From: Nemertoderma westbladi
Taxonomy: Eukaryota > Animalia > Xenacoelomorpha
Assembly (NCBI GenBank): GCA_032718475.1
Contig: JAUCBJ010001223.1
Location: 78,300-142,299, forward strand
DNA length: 64,000 nucleotides
Direction: 5' to 3'
A program made the position numbers and the translations under genes. The notes beneath the pieces were generated by a model. The model was not told where the DNA came from. It did no database searches and worked only from the letters and a program-made list of their open reading frames with translations. How positions within the stretch are numbered: position 1 is the stretch's first letter; the number at the start of each line of letters is the position of its first letter. Shown piece after piece: positions 53,201 to 63,852 of this stretch.

Positions 53201-53453
53201 CCTGAGTTACAGCATGTTTGTTAAGATGAGCTATAAGCTTGCAATAAGTATTGTCTAATTCATGTTTTGCTGCTTTCAGTTTAGCAACGTGTGAATTTAC
53301 TTCCTCAATATTATTTAATTCAGTGGCAAGAATACCAAATAAATCCTCCAAACGAGACTTAGATTTTTCGTATTCTTCAATCGCTACATAATATGTGGGT
53401 GGTTTAACCCGTTTTGGGTAATTGGATGCAGTGGCGACCTGCTGTTCATCCAT
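47280..53453 (-). CDS. BEL/Pao gag-pol polyprotein (2057 aa): Gag zinc knuckles, protease, RT, RNase H, integrase
   Basis: CIHC..H..C, CYRC..H..C, CSKC..H; AIVDEQS; KVRVVFD, ADVESMF, FYVDD; HAYSDAS, PRLEL, YTDS, NPAD; H..H..CIIC, GIDVFGP, SDQGSNF, GGVWER. Confidence 0.95.
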   Translation of the reverse strand: MDEQQVATASNYPKRVKPPTYYVAIEEYEKSKSRLEDLFGILATELNNIEEVNSHVAKLKAAKHELDNTYCKLIAHLNKHAVTQEKLQTTTNYQTQIKIYREIIKGLSDQRKSFGAESSIDTQSIAQISIDNRSSVCEFNTPPANTLLDTVPHPSDIEIGTMFDTVPHPSNVEIGTNPITGVANLFEFDSCSVNEVNAKGSHPNPEVNHRINLYLEQQRELNKPIYGDSNQLTGMPLNHNHNDNNSVSSCANYIPSFINNSIPTYANVNFNAISSTSLTVGRHPSAPLSSPVCTSMYKTPILPFGTSYINPTGVSADNKTVTWGLYTQAEPFIPAKAQVPVSIAGCSAAPYPHPVPNYTSMSSNSPVTPFNYIDHSSQYLIRKELLEKSSEPFKGEPYRFRTWAMILENRLTGIELSPLDKMSFLKSNTIGKPLELINNLVDASSADPTTTLQTIWKELALRFGSGPEIAAGLRAKLTNFHPIKRGDPASRVRDLADLCRVIELNVYSIPELSEFNLGSGLREIRSKLPDWIDNKWIDKGGYFEENKGYHPPFSFFCDFLSTIARHICSPHFQKVNSPLPYKKDHFLGQKERINKHDIYIHDNKRSLKSENNRSPISCIHCNKTGHSLIDCKVFERLSYPERKHLAQQSRLCYRCLGEHLSINCKGSMTCSKCKKKNHTTAMHRNPPAATENQREGSNRVKTDENVDQTALCTALCGLGARSCGKTFLVDIKAPKVSEKTMRVYAIVDEQSDSSYIDPKVLSFLQLHSPIYDYTVSTLSGHHCKVSGMVAEGLTINGVGMSSDYDLPCLFSNDWIPDTKGEVASPSLVESLPQIKHLSFKFQPLDEEAETLMLLGRNCGPLMQTKTHNSTAPIVHETPLRWALVGETCPIGKISKNKIVNKTLAKFCCSDQHQSSSFTFGMSNPILLPEDKETKSIRNDVFAMFKDDDCDGKSIEDYIFDDRIFSNLEVTADGSIQLPLPFRQENPNLPNNHDPVFKRTSNTLNKIKTDPNKLNQCLKSMGKCINSGKFEKVPNEQLHGIPGKVWYIPVFAVTQPKKDKVRVVFDSSASYFGTSLNKELLKGPDQNNQLRDVLIRFREGEIGFTADVESMFHCFKVTPHHRDFMRFFWFDHNDPSQPIVAYRSTVHIFGNSPSPPIATIGLRKTVDLMPEETPPPVKDYINDHFYVDDGLGSEDSTKSEILKAFPVSEHVELKSFENEANQKTLGVAWNVLKDRFVILVDIPDRPFTKRGILSTVNSIFDPIGIASPVVLAGRLIQRKVIPKKADTSNELEACGWDGELPAFYRPEWERWKETLESLPLLSIPRGFRPIGFGQIVRQEIHAYSDASEDAIGYVIYLRSFNEDDQISISFVSGNAKVAPQSATSMPRLELCAAVELVMAVCSVISALKKKPCNSWYYTDSRVVLGYINNNSKRFSKYVERRSHIIRNSSLPTQWEYVPTGDNPADRATRPTDPKSLTDPKSTWLTGPRVLKSARYPTKIPYPYTALDVDDLPECKPLIEVGKVLITHKRQGIFDNVYKRFSEWKTVINVAKYVLMACKLMTKKIAEGNNNSQTIGDSDAVNALVHDAQYQSYPELIKHLSTGSTIAESSKILELSPFLNGSKTLLVGGRLKNSDVPFDSRHPYLIPKDHPIAGVIVTYYHTRVFHQGRHITHGMIRQNGFHIEDGNKLIREIIKSCIICKKLRGSFCVQKMANLPLDRVSRVAPFTNTGIDVFGPWKVANGRTTRSNTGIRKIWALLLTCLVSRAVHVELLPALDTTAFKNAFHRFLAIRGACVLLRSDQGSNFIGAHNQDDNEVDIDAVIKDLNSIGIDWNFNPPHSSHFGGVWERKIGCIRRVLDATILLSEPRLLTYDELHTVIVESAAVVNSTPLWEVSSSPDDPQPLSPNMILTLKDDSISTTCFSDQDQLAYGKYRWRRVQYLVDQFWIRWRNDYLQLLQRRMKWKNPKRSIMIGDIVLIRDKTKHRNNWPTGRVTAVKKGDDNLVRSATIAVPKSTAKGEIKKPCYDRPIHELVLLIPHDPEVSPAAAYNNGSNDFNTGRI

Positions 53454-54240
53454 TTCAGCATTTGAAACGGTTATTTATTGCAGGACAACTGTACCCTACT
53501 ATAAAGTTTTTTAATCACAAACTTTATCTGCAGCCAATTAAGATATGGGATATCAGTATATCTGTATATACCAGTATATATTTTATCTTTGCAGCTTTAT
53601 ATATACCATATTATATTATATATATCAGCATCCCAGTATATATACTCTTAGTACCGGTACTGGTATGAGGATTATCCAACCATCACCAGTATTCTGGTAT
53701 TAGCCGATATTGGTGGTTTGGTACCGGTATGCCGGTACCGATTCTGTGATTGCTGGTTCTGCAGTTCTGTACCGGTATGATACGGCATACGGCTGTACGG
53801 TATAGTAGTAGTACCGGGCACCGGGGATCTGGTATATAATAATTTACCAGGTTACCGGTATTCTTTCAACTGGTCAAGTCCAGCACTGGCTATTCTAACT
53901 GACAGCGTATTACTGTATTATCTAATTCCGTAATTATAGATGTAGTTTATCCTGTTATCGGCAGACACGTATTAGCAGCCTACATCAGTTTCTTCTTTCT
54001 AATCTAACAACTTCTGAACTTACTTGATTGGTTGCTAGTTAGTTAATCCTGATGTTTCACCTTTAAGGTTTTAGGGTAGGCCTACCGTCGTCTGTCTTTC
54101 TGTTTGATCTTTGAAGATACCGGTCAGCCGGTATACGTTTATACATTCACGGTTAGGTTATTCTGGTTGTAGCTTGTAGGTTGATCTACAACATTCCGAT
54201 CTGGCAGTCTGGGAACCAGCACCGAAGATAAGTTTTTTAC

Positions 54241-54693
54241 TGTCCTGAGCAACGCAGCCCTATTACTATAGTCAGCTGGTATTTCAGGCGTATAACGCAG
54301 CCATTACACAATAACATACACCGTAGGAAAAACATGACCGAGTTTGCTAACTTCCGATAACATTTACATTTAATTCCTTCGTTACATTAACATCGTATAA
54401 TAAGCTGGTAAAAAACTTGTAAAGTTAGGCCACTGGTTCACAGCGTCCTGGGTACATTATGACAGACAATCCTATGTAGTCAGTATGTACATTATGACAA
54501 ATAATCCTGTAGTCCTAAGTGCTGCATTAATAAGCAGTAAGCTAGCTACATGCTATTGATGTTAGTACTGTACCGGTACATTAAGACAAGTCTGAAGTCA
54601 TTATGTTACTGTAGTATGGCATTTATCTGTATAACGTTTATGTCCGTTAATATAGCTTATGTCCATTAATATATATAACTTATGTCCATAACA
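54241..54693 (-). repeat. 5' LTR
   Basis: Direct repeat of 46789-47241. Confidence 0.95.
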
Positions 54694-55384
54694 CTGTGAG
54701 CCGTCATTTTGTTGTAAAGATGGATGTGAGGCGTCATTTTGTTGTAAAGATGGCTGTGAGGCGTCATTTTGTTGTAAAGACGGCTGTGAGCCGTCATTTT
54801 GTTGTAAAGACGGCTGTGAGCCGTCATTTTGATGTAAAGACGGCTGTGAGGCGGCATTTTGTTGTAAAGACGGCTGTGAGACGTCATTTTATTGTAAAGA
54901 CGGCTGTGAGCCGTCATTTTGTTGTAAAGACGGCTGTGAGCCGTCATTTTGATGTAAAGACGGCTGTGAGACGTCATTTTGTTGTAAAGACGGCTGTGAG
55001 CCGTCATTTTGTTGTAAAGACGGCTGTGAGCCGTCATTTTGATGTAAAGACGGCTGTGAGACGTCATTTTGTTGTAAAGATGGCTGTGAGGCGTCATTTT
55101 GATGTAAAGACGGCTGTAGGCCGTCATTTTGTTGTAAAGACGGATGTAGACCGTCAAATGCCAAAACATTCAAAATTTGTTGATTTCTGGTCTGTCGGAC
55201 AGTTGGTTTCACTATGCATGTGCCAGAACATTCAAAATTCCATGATTTATAGACTATGAGATAGATTTCCATATGCGCCTGTGGTAAAGGACCCTAAATT
55301 TAATAGTTTGTGGTTGTTGTCAATAATCGATTAACACATGACGTAGCAAAACACTCATTTTATAGCCAAAAACAATTACCAATT

Positions 55385-55965
55385 GATGGAAAGGAGCAGG
55401 TTAAGGCCGGATTTTCTAACCAAAACAATAAAGAGTCACTTTACAAAAGTGAAGGAAAGGAGCAGGTTACAGAGGCGTGCCTTTCTAACCAAAACAATAA
55501 ACGGTCACTTTACCAAATCAGGGAAAGGAGCAGGTTACAGAGGCGGGATTTTCTAACCAAAACAATAAACGATCATTTAACTAATTGAAGGAAAGGAGTG
55601 GGTTGCAGAGGCGGGCGAGTGGTAGGCCTACCATTACCGTATTTAAATGGTAGGCTACACAGTAGGCCTACAGCAGTACCGGTGCCGGTACCGGTACTAA
55701 AATACCTGCTTTATACCTACATCTGTACATACAATACAGCAATACTGCAAAATAGTGAGTGCTCTATATACTAATACCGGTACTGATAGCCTGAGAGAAC
55801 AGCAGTAGAGAAACCGGTAGCATGGAACCTAACGGTAAATTTTTGGAGGACATAAAAAGTAAAAAAAAACTAATACCGGTACTGATAGCCTGAGAGAATA
55901 GCAGTAGAGAAACCGGTAGCATGGAACCTAACGGTAAATTTCTGGAGGACATAAAAAGTCAAAAA
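55385..55965. repeat. Short tandem arrays (~60-bp x4 at 55385-55620; ~100-bp x2 at 55770-55965)
   Basis: GGAAAGGAGCAGGTT..CTAACCAAAACAATAAA repeated; CTAATACCGGTACTGATAGCC..GGACATAAAAAGT duplicated. Confidence 0.8.
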
Positions 55966-55986
55966 AAGGACATCATGAGTGATTTA

Positions 55987-56665
55987 GGGGGGGGTTGTGG
56001 TACACCATTTTGGTACAAAATATGTCGAAATTTTTTTTTATGGTCTATTATAATGCACCATTGAATGGTGTTTCCAAATCTGAAAACCGCTATTTAATAG
56101 CTCTTTTAGTTTTCAAGTTATGTAAATTTCCATTTAGGGAATCCTATTGAAATTACTATTGCAGTACTATATATAATAATGAAAGGTCGTTTATCTACAA
56201 ATATTTTTTTCATGAACTTCTCAACTTCAAAACCCTACTACTTCTACAATTTTTGAGTAATTAATCTGAAACTTCCTGTGGGTGTCTAGATAGCCACCCT
56301 GCATAAAAGTACCAGACAACTTTTCGAAATTTTTTGTTAATAAAATTTAATACTATTTATAAAAAACCTAAAAATTAGCATAAATTTGCAAAATATAAAA
56401 AAACTTTCATGTGAATAGGTTCAAAACTGTTAAAGCCTTAGGGTTTTAAGCGCAACCAAGTTGTTTTTATTGTTAACTAGTATTAACTAATATTAAATAG
56501 CGAAAAAAATGTTTTTTTTCTGACCTGTCATGTAGAATAGCATCTTAGGCACCTATATGCCAATTTTGACAATATAAGACACGGCCAATATATGACAATT
56601 TTGAAACGCTGAGAGTGATAAATCGAAAAGTTGTCCGAAAATGGTGTACCCCCCCCCCCCCCCCC
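55987..56665. mobile_element. Non-autonomous TIR element, possibly Kolobok-like
   Basis: G-run..GGTACACCATTTT / AAAATGGTGTACC..C-run inverted ends, flanked by TTTA and TTAA. Confidence 0.55.
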
Positions 56666-58395
56666 TTAAACGGAAAATAAAAATTGATGCGCTTCTCTAA
56701 CCAGTCACATTCAATCACCTTCAAACCCTCCAGTTAACCATACAATAACAATCACCCGGCATCTCTTCTAATAACCATCACACAATTATTATTATTATTA
56801 CAACCTCCTTACCTTAGCAAGTGAAAATTAGGGGTCAACTCCATATTGACCCCGAATACCGGGTTTATAAGGGCCAGTATTTCGCAAATTTAACACTCAG
56901 TAACATCCGGCCTTGTAGATGGCCCTTGGCACGCTATCTTGGCTCTGCTTCTCGGCAATCGGGCTGCAATATTCCTATTGCCACTTTGCCTCGCCTGGCA
57001 AGAGTGGTGTCTAGGAGTGTGGGTAGGTTCCCGCAGAGAACAGAGTAAGAGTTTTGGCCAACCAACCGTCTAATGCTTGCGTACTCTGCCCGCTGGCTTC
57101 TCAGTTCGTCTCAGGACCGGTTTATTACGACTTTACAGTCCCTATCTCATTCTGAATATTATTTCTCAAACTGGGTATCATTTCTCAAACCTTTTACTAA
57201 TGATAGTCAACGGAGAATTTCAGTAGGTAAGACTGGGGTAAGAGTTGAGAAATCAGAAAGATGCAGTCAGCTCAATCTAACTCAAACTAGAGTCTGGCGC
57301 CATGGTTTGAGTTAGATTGACTTCCAACTGTGCCATACTCAGCATTACTCTTCCTCTGTACAGGATGGATAATTACTCTGGTTGAGTGAGGCACCACATG
57401 GGGAAGGGGCATTTGTCTGTTGCTTGGGCTCTTGAGTTAATGGGTTGAATTACATAAGCTGGACAGGCCGCCTTGCGTGTGTCTCATAGAAGACATGTCA
57501 ATCACGCAGTTCCTTTGTGGGCTTTACTAAATGTATGTTGTTAACTAAACCACACTGGCTCGGTCTGTTTGTAGAGAAAGTTTTAATTCTGGGAATATTG
57601 TTGGGGGAAATTGGTGCTCTGTTGTCTGTCTTTGATGTCAATTGGTGCCTTACAAGATATATCAGTTTAAAAATAATAATGGTTAATTAAGAATTATTAG
57701 TGCATATGGGACCTCGCAACACCCCCCTCCCATAAATATGGCCCTGTCTATAATTACAGAGGTTTCCTCTGGCCCCTTTGCCCGGTATACCCACACCCGG
57801 ATGTATTGCGAATAATTGTGTTGACGATGTAATAGAGAATTAAACATTAGTAAAACATTAAAGTTATACATTAGAAACATTAGCGAAATATACGCGAAAT
57901 TAAAATAAATTTATAAAATTGGTTGGTTATATTATATTGTTATATTTTAATGTAAAATAACGTTAATATGTTATGAGTCATACATACTTAATAAATGTAA
58001 TAAAAAATTAATAAATCTTCAGTTTAATAATTTAGCATATAATTTTTTTATTCTGAAATTTAAAAATAATTTGAGTCACTGAGTCTGCAATATTAATTGT
58101 CACTCTCTACTGGAGTTAATTACACACAAACAAATCAAGTTTAGGGAATGTTATACTGTAACAGCAGGAGACCATCAAACCCGTAGGCAGAGTATAACAG
58201 AAGCGAGTGGGCCATTAAACACAGACAGCTTGTTGGATGAATGCTACACAGTGCACAGTGGGTGGTTACGCGAGTTTGAGTGGGTTTGAGTAAACCAGAC
58301 AGGTTTGAGTTAGTAAGAGTGCGGTAAGAGAAAAGGTACCCAGTTTGAGAAACGGTATCTAGAATGAGATAGGGACTGTATTCTACCTTTTTTAG

Positions 58396-59494
58396 GGATG
58401 TAGGACAATTCGGTCCCGGACAATTCGGTCCCGGACAATTCGGTCCGGACAATTCGGTCCCGGACAATTCGGTCCCAAAACACTAAAAAAATGGGACCGA
58501 ATTGTCCGGGACAGAATTGTCCTAGGACAGAATTGTCCGGGACCGAATTGTCCTAGGACCGAATTTTCCGGGACCAAATTGTCCGGGACCGAATTTTCCG
58601 GGATCGAATTATTCGGGACCGAATAGTCCGGGACCGAATTGTCCGGGACCGAATTGTCCGGTTCCTGATAGCAGCTTCTTAGTGCGTTTTTGATATTGGT
58701 GAATGTTCTAGAACATTAGTAGAGATTTTTTTTTATGGTAGCTAGTGTTATTTACTAGCTAGAATTTTTTGAAATTTTAAAAATACTATACTTTTTTTTA
58801 TTTTTGTTATTGGTAAGTTTTCGAGAATATTATTATACAGTATATTATTTATTAAGGTGTAGCTAGTGTTTTTTTTACTAGCTAGCATTTCATTGAAATT
58901 ATAAAAAAACTTGTGAAAACATTGATATTTCAGAATTAGGCCTAAACTGTTGCTGATTATATTAATTACCAAAAATATTGATGATATTATAACAGAATGA
59001 GATCCAGCTATTATCTAAGATAATAATTTAGGCTTGTTAACCAACCAACAACACATACAGTATACGTACGCAATATATAAAAAAATCAGTTTTACACATT
59101 TTAAATACAACCTATTACTAGCTAGTAAATAATTCACAAGCTCCATAAAAACACCATAATAGCTACCATAACTAATAATGTTAACAAAATAAAGTAAAAT
59201 TTTTTTATTTTCAAAAAAATACTAGCTAGTAAAAAAAACACTAGCTACCATATAATAATATATATCAAGGTTCTAGAACATTCACCATTATATAGTACAG
59301 TAGTACCAATTAAATGTGGTCCCGGACAATTCGATCCCGAACAATTCGGTCCCGGACAATTCGGTCCCGGACAATTCGGTCCCGGACAATTCGGTCCCAA
59401 AACACAAAATTAATGGGACCAAATTGTCCGGGACCGAATTGTCCGGACCGAATTGTCCGGACCGAATTGTCCGGGACCGAATTGTCCTGCTTCC
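58396..59494. mobile_element. Foldback element with palindromic 15-bp repeat blocks (CCGGACAATTCGGTC) at both ends
   Basis: GGA..TCC termini; 9-bp TSD CTTTTTTAG at 58387-58395 and 59495-59503; internal inverted GGTGAATGTTCTAGAAC module. Confidence 0.87.
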
Positions 59495-59879
59495 CTTTTT
59501 TAGATATTTTTCTAAGTATCTAGTTTTTCTAAGAAAAAGACTAAAATACTCTGTTTTATGTATACTACCTTTTTGGTTATAATTTTTGGGATGGTATGAT
59601 TTTTCGAAGCTCTACTTTGGATACTAATGGACCCAAAGCACCCCTAACCCGGTTTTCTTGTTCATGTGTGTTTGCGTTACGGCTATTGAGTATTAACGTA
59701 ACGTAAGCACTTCAGAGGTTACTTTTCATAATATAGCGTAAGCCATCTTTTGCATCGCCACCTTTTGCCAATTATACAGTATAACTGTCAGATGTGTAGT
59801 TCAAAAACAATTCTTCAGTTACTGCTCTGTTGAATAAAACATCCCTACTGCAGTCATTATTTTACTTCAATATAGTTGG

Positions 59880-61500
59880 TTTTGATTTCGCTATGGAGTC
59901 TCCATTGGGCCCCATACTCATAAACATCTTTCTGTCAAAGTTCGACGGGAGGATCGCTGCGGGCACCAAGCTTAGTGATAGGTACGTCGCTGACGTATTT
60001 AGCGTTGGCAATAACGACCCCACTGAGAAGCTGAGAGAGGTTAATTCCCTCCATCATAATCTCAAGTTTACCCTTGAGATGGAGGTGGAGGGCCGCTTTT
60101 CCTTTCTTGATTTGGTTGTCACTCGGGTTGACTATGCTCTTTCAACAGCGTGGTATCGCAAGCCTACAGATATTGGGCTCGTTCTCATTGCCACTGTGTG
60201 TGCCCCTGAGTCTTACAAATGCGGTGTAATTCGTGGTATATTCCATCGCATCTTTAACGCCAGTAAGGGTGGGGATGTTTCCCAACTCTATACCACTATT
60301 CTTAGCAATAGCCAATATACTGATGCTGTGGTCGAGCATGAGCTAGCCGCAGTCAAGCTGCTAGGGGGCGTGCAAGTAGTGGTTCTGGGGGCGAGGCACC
60401 AACAGCTGCCCCACCAAGGTCAGTGACCCGGTGGACCATGCAGCTGCTGATGATTCAAAGCCCATTATCTGTAAGTTCGAGTACCGAGGTCGGGCAATCG
60501 ATCTGTTTGTTCGAAAGTTACGTGGACTTATACCCAGGTCTTGCACACGGCCAGTTAGGTTCAGTAACATATTTGCAATACAGCAATATCAAAGATTGAC
60601 AGTTTATATTAGTGCGTATATAATTATCATTAGGCTACTAGGCCTATCGGTAAGTTAAGTCACAAATCGTTATTAGTACAGCAGTACATAGTTAGAATAC
60701 CTAACAATATATCGTATTCAAATTTCCCTCCACCTCATTAATCCATAAATCTACTACAGGTTCGTTTTCACTACATCTAAACTGCGCCAGTCACTCCCAC
60801 CTATAAAACATCCCGTCCCGGATAGCCTTGCGTCTAATGTCGTTTACTATTTCTCTTGTCCCTCTTGTAAGGGGGAATATATTCCAACACTTGTTTGAAC
60901 GCCTTAGACAGCATCAGGATGGGAGCGAACAGGGTAACACTGTGCACAACCACATCATGACGCACCACGGCGAGCCCAATACAATATGTTGGCTGACTGA
61001 CTGGCGTGAAATGTTTAAACTTTTCAAAGTAATTTCTAGACACCCATTGCGGCCAGTCTTGCAAAAGCTAAAAATGTATTATACATTTATTATAGGAAGG
61101 GGTCTTAACCTCGAATGATAAGTTTATTTTACCGAAAATAACTTATCTTTTATTGGCGCAATTGTAGGACTAATCCTATCACATGTGTACTTTTTTAACA
61201 TACTTACTACATACTACATACATATTTTTTTTTTAAATACAGCTTGCCAACACATTGTTACTATCAATAATCAAAAATGTATTACATTCAAACACGCAGC
61301 CCGCTATCAACAAGCAGAAACGTGATTGGCGTAAGTTTGTGGTGCTATGCTTCCCAGTGGTTAGTTACCTACAGACCTCACTCTTCATTTCAATAGCCTA
61401 CTCGTTCTGTCTCCCTTTGTGAATTTATCTCTACATTTCCTGGCTTGGCCTCCTGAGAATGCCTTCAGCTGCAGGGCGAAACCTACCGATCAGTTGGCTG
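59880..61500 (+). mobile_element. Degenerate Penelope-like element (RT plus GIY-YIG)
   Basis: AMESPLGP, RYVADVF, NLKFTLE, FLDL, WYRKPT; SNVVYYFSCPSC..EY..HL..RL..H; downstream hammerhead-like motif. Confidence 0.85.
61445..61495 (+). ncRNA. Possible degenerate minimal hammerhead ribozyme motif
   Basis: CTGAGAA-T-GCCTT..AGGGC-GAAAC downstream of the Penelope-like ORF; core variant, stems I and III uncertain. Confidence 0.4.
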
Positions 61501-61591
61501 CTGTCAGCTGACCACTGATTGCATGCAACGTCTAGGTCTTGTTGCTTTTTAGTTTTTTACATATTTTGGTACTAACACACCTACCGGTGAG

Positions 61592-61735
61592 ATAATTATA
61601 ATTATTATAACTACAAATTTATTTACGAATTATATTTATTTATATATCCATCACGTTAAGTAAAAACTTAACGTGATGGATATATAAATAAATATAATTC
61701 GTAAATAAATTTGTAGTTATAATAATTATAATTAT
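61592..61735. repeat. Perfect AT-rich palindrome, 70-bp arms with a 4-nt loop
   Basis: 61592-61661 is the reverse complement of 61666-61735. Confidence 0.92.
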
Positions 61736-61749
61736 TATATAACGTCGAA

Positions 61750-62834
61750 TTTATAAATTCCACGGTCATGATTGCATCATTTGATGGGAATCCCAAGACA
61801 ACAGTAATATGTTGCTACAGTCCAACCAATGCCTCAGAGCCGGAACAAGCAGTCAAGTTTTAGGAAGATCTGACTGGTCTTATAAAGGACATTCCGAAAC
61901 ACAATGTCAATGTCATTGCTGGTGACCTGAATGCTCAAATTGACCCAGAAGACATCAAGGGTTACACCTATAACACCAGTTTGAACAGAAATGGGTGCTT
62001 ATTCTTAAACCTAATGGAAGAATGTGAATTGATACCAACAAAGACCACATTCGAAAAGAGCAAGGGGAAATTACTGTATTTCATACTGTATGTAAATTAC
62101 TTTCAATACCCTACTGGAACCAAAGCACAGCTGGATTACATCCTATTAAACAAAAAGTGGAGAAACAGCATGATCAACTGCGAGGTATACAGCTCGTTCA
62201 ACCTATTTGGTTCGGACCACAGAATTGTGACTGCAGAGATCAGACTCAGTTTGAGAGCTTGCAAACCCAGGACAAGCAAGCGAATTAACCATGACTGGGA
62301 GAAACTCAGAACTGACAATGCAGTAAAGGATGCTTACACAGTAGAAGTTCTTTGAAGTACTTCAGTCAATCATGGCCTACAATAAATACAAATACCAGTA
62401 AATATATAAGCCACAGTGGAAAGTATACTTTTATACGGGGGTGAGACCAGGGCACTGGCAAAATCACTTGAACAAACGAATTGATGGTTGCTACACAAGA
62501 CTACTAAGGGCAGCCCTAAACATAAGCTGGAGACAACACATCACAAACGCCGAGCTTTATGGTACAATACCACCTGCATCAACCACCCTCCGTGAACGCA
62601 GATTAAGATTCAGTGGGCACTGCTATCGAAGTAAAGACGAGGTCATACCAGATCTACTTTTCTGGCAACCAACACATGGAAAGAGTACCCGTGGACGACC
62701 GGCTATAACATATATATATCAGCTTGAAAGGGATACTGAACTTGGGAGAAACGAAATTTCATCAACTATGGAAAATCGGGAAGCCTGGAAGGATTTAATT
62801 TCCACTGTCCGAGTTCGCTCGACCTAGTAGTAGT
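61750..62834 (+). mobile_element. Second, internally deleted copy of the RTE family at 32361-34925
   Basis: CYSPT, GDLNA, QLDYIL, SDHR; RT deleted; near-identical C-terminus ..STVRVRST plus (TAG)n tail. Confidence 0.88.
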
Positions 62835-62866
62835 ATAATAATTATAATAATTAAAGTAGCCTTATA

Positions 62867-63852
62867 GGCGAGTCAATCTAGCCGAAAACGGGGGTCAACC
62901 CATAACAAATTCGCAATTCATCCAAACCAATTTTTTTTATTCTACATTACCTTGTTAATACCCCCAAAAAAGTCTATAAAAATATATTATGCGGATCACC
63001 TTCAATTTCCTGTTTCTTTCCTTAGCAACATGGATTTTACATAGCAACAAGGGGTCTATTGGTGGGATTTTCTCCAAATTTGGTACAGACAAACTTTACT
63101 CTAATGACTATCGATTGACAGAAGTATGCACTTCTATATAGTTACCAATTTAGTTTCCAGAGCAACGGAAATTTGTCTAATAATTTAACAATTTTTAATA
63201 CCAATTTTGCTGGTACAATATAAGGACCTTATTTACACAACTTCTCTACTAAACGGGTGGATGTAACCTCGCCCATCGGATTTATCGACCTCAAAAACCC
63301 TTATCCCCAAAAAATTATTTGTTATATGATAAACTATTGTGGTTTCTAAACTAAAACAAATAAATAAATTACACCTAAAATCAATAGAGCAATCACAATT
63401 TATATGTGAAAAATCTTCATTAACATTAATGGAAATTATGAAATTTCCTTGCAGTGGAATTGTATAATTTTTTTACAACAGTTAGCTTAATATATCGTGA
63501 AGTTTTTGATATATTTAAAAATTTGATGCGACTTCTAGTTTCCGAGATATAGCAATTAATGTGTAACACGCCAGTGTAAATATTACTAATTTCCCATTGA
63601 ATCACAGCTTATTGTGAAATTAATTAAATTATTCTGGAACATCACCAATTTGCTACTTACTTTTCCCTACTGTTCCTTTTGTTTGGCTTGTGTTATGCAA
63701 ATTTACGCAGAATTTCCATGAATAAACATATGATCCGCAAAATAAAATTTTGTAGACTTTTTTTGGTCATTAATAAGGTAATATAGAATCCAAAATATGT
63801 GGTTCGGATTGATTGCGAAATACTTATGGGTTTTTTGCTAGATTGACTCGAC
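62867..63852. mobile_element. Non-autonomous TIR element with long imperfect inverted ends
   Basis: TA-G(G/T)CGAGTCAATCTAGC..CCCATAA..TTCGCAAT at the left and its reverse complement at the right end. Confidence 0.65.

Larger units (their letters stand above)
46789..54693 (-). mobile_element. Full-length BEL/Pao LTR retrotransposon
   Basis: 453-bp TG..CA LTRs (46789-47241, 54241-54693); 5-bp TSD CTGTG (46784-46788, 54694-54698); polypurine tract AGTGGGGAG next to the 3' LTR. Confidence 0.97.
46697..55155. repeat. 30-bp tandem satellite (GTGAGCCGTCATTTTGTTGTAAAGACGGCT)n split by the BEL element
   Basis: Three units at 46697-46788 and about 15 units at 54694-55155. Confidence 0.92.

Noticed and set aside
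54666-55272. CRISPR-like appearance and repetitive ORFs in the 30-bp palindromic repeat
   Set aside because: Units are head-to-tail with no unique spacers, there are no cas genes, and the context is eukaryotic.
56820-57660. Short ORFs in moderately GC-rich sequence
   Set aside because: No motif support; probably decayed repeats.
58392-59582. GPNCP/RTIRS repeat ORFs
   Set aside because: They are translations of the 15-bp foldback repeats.
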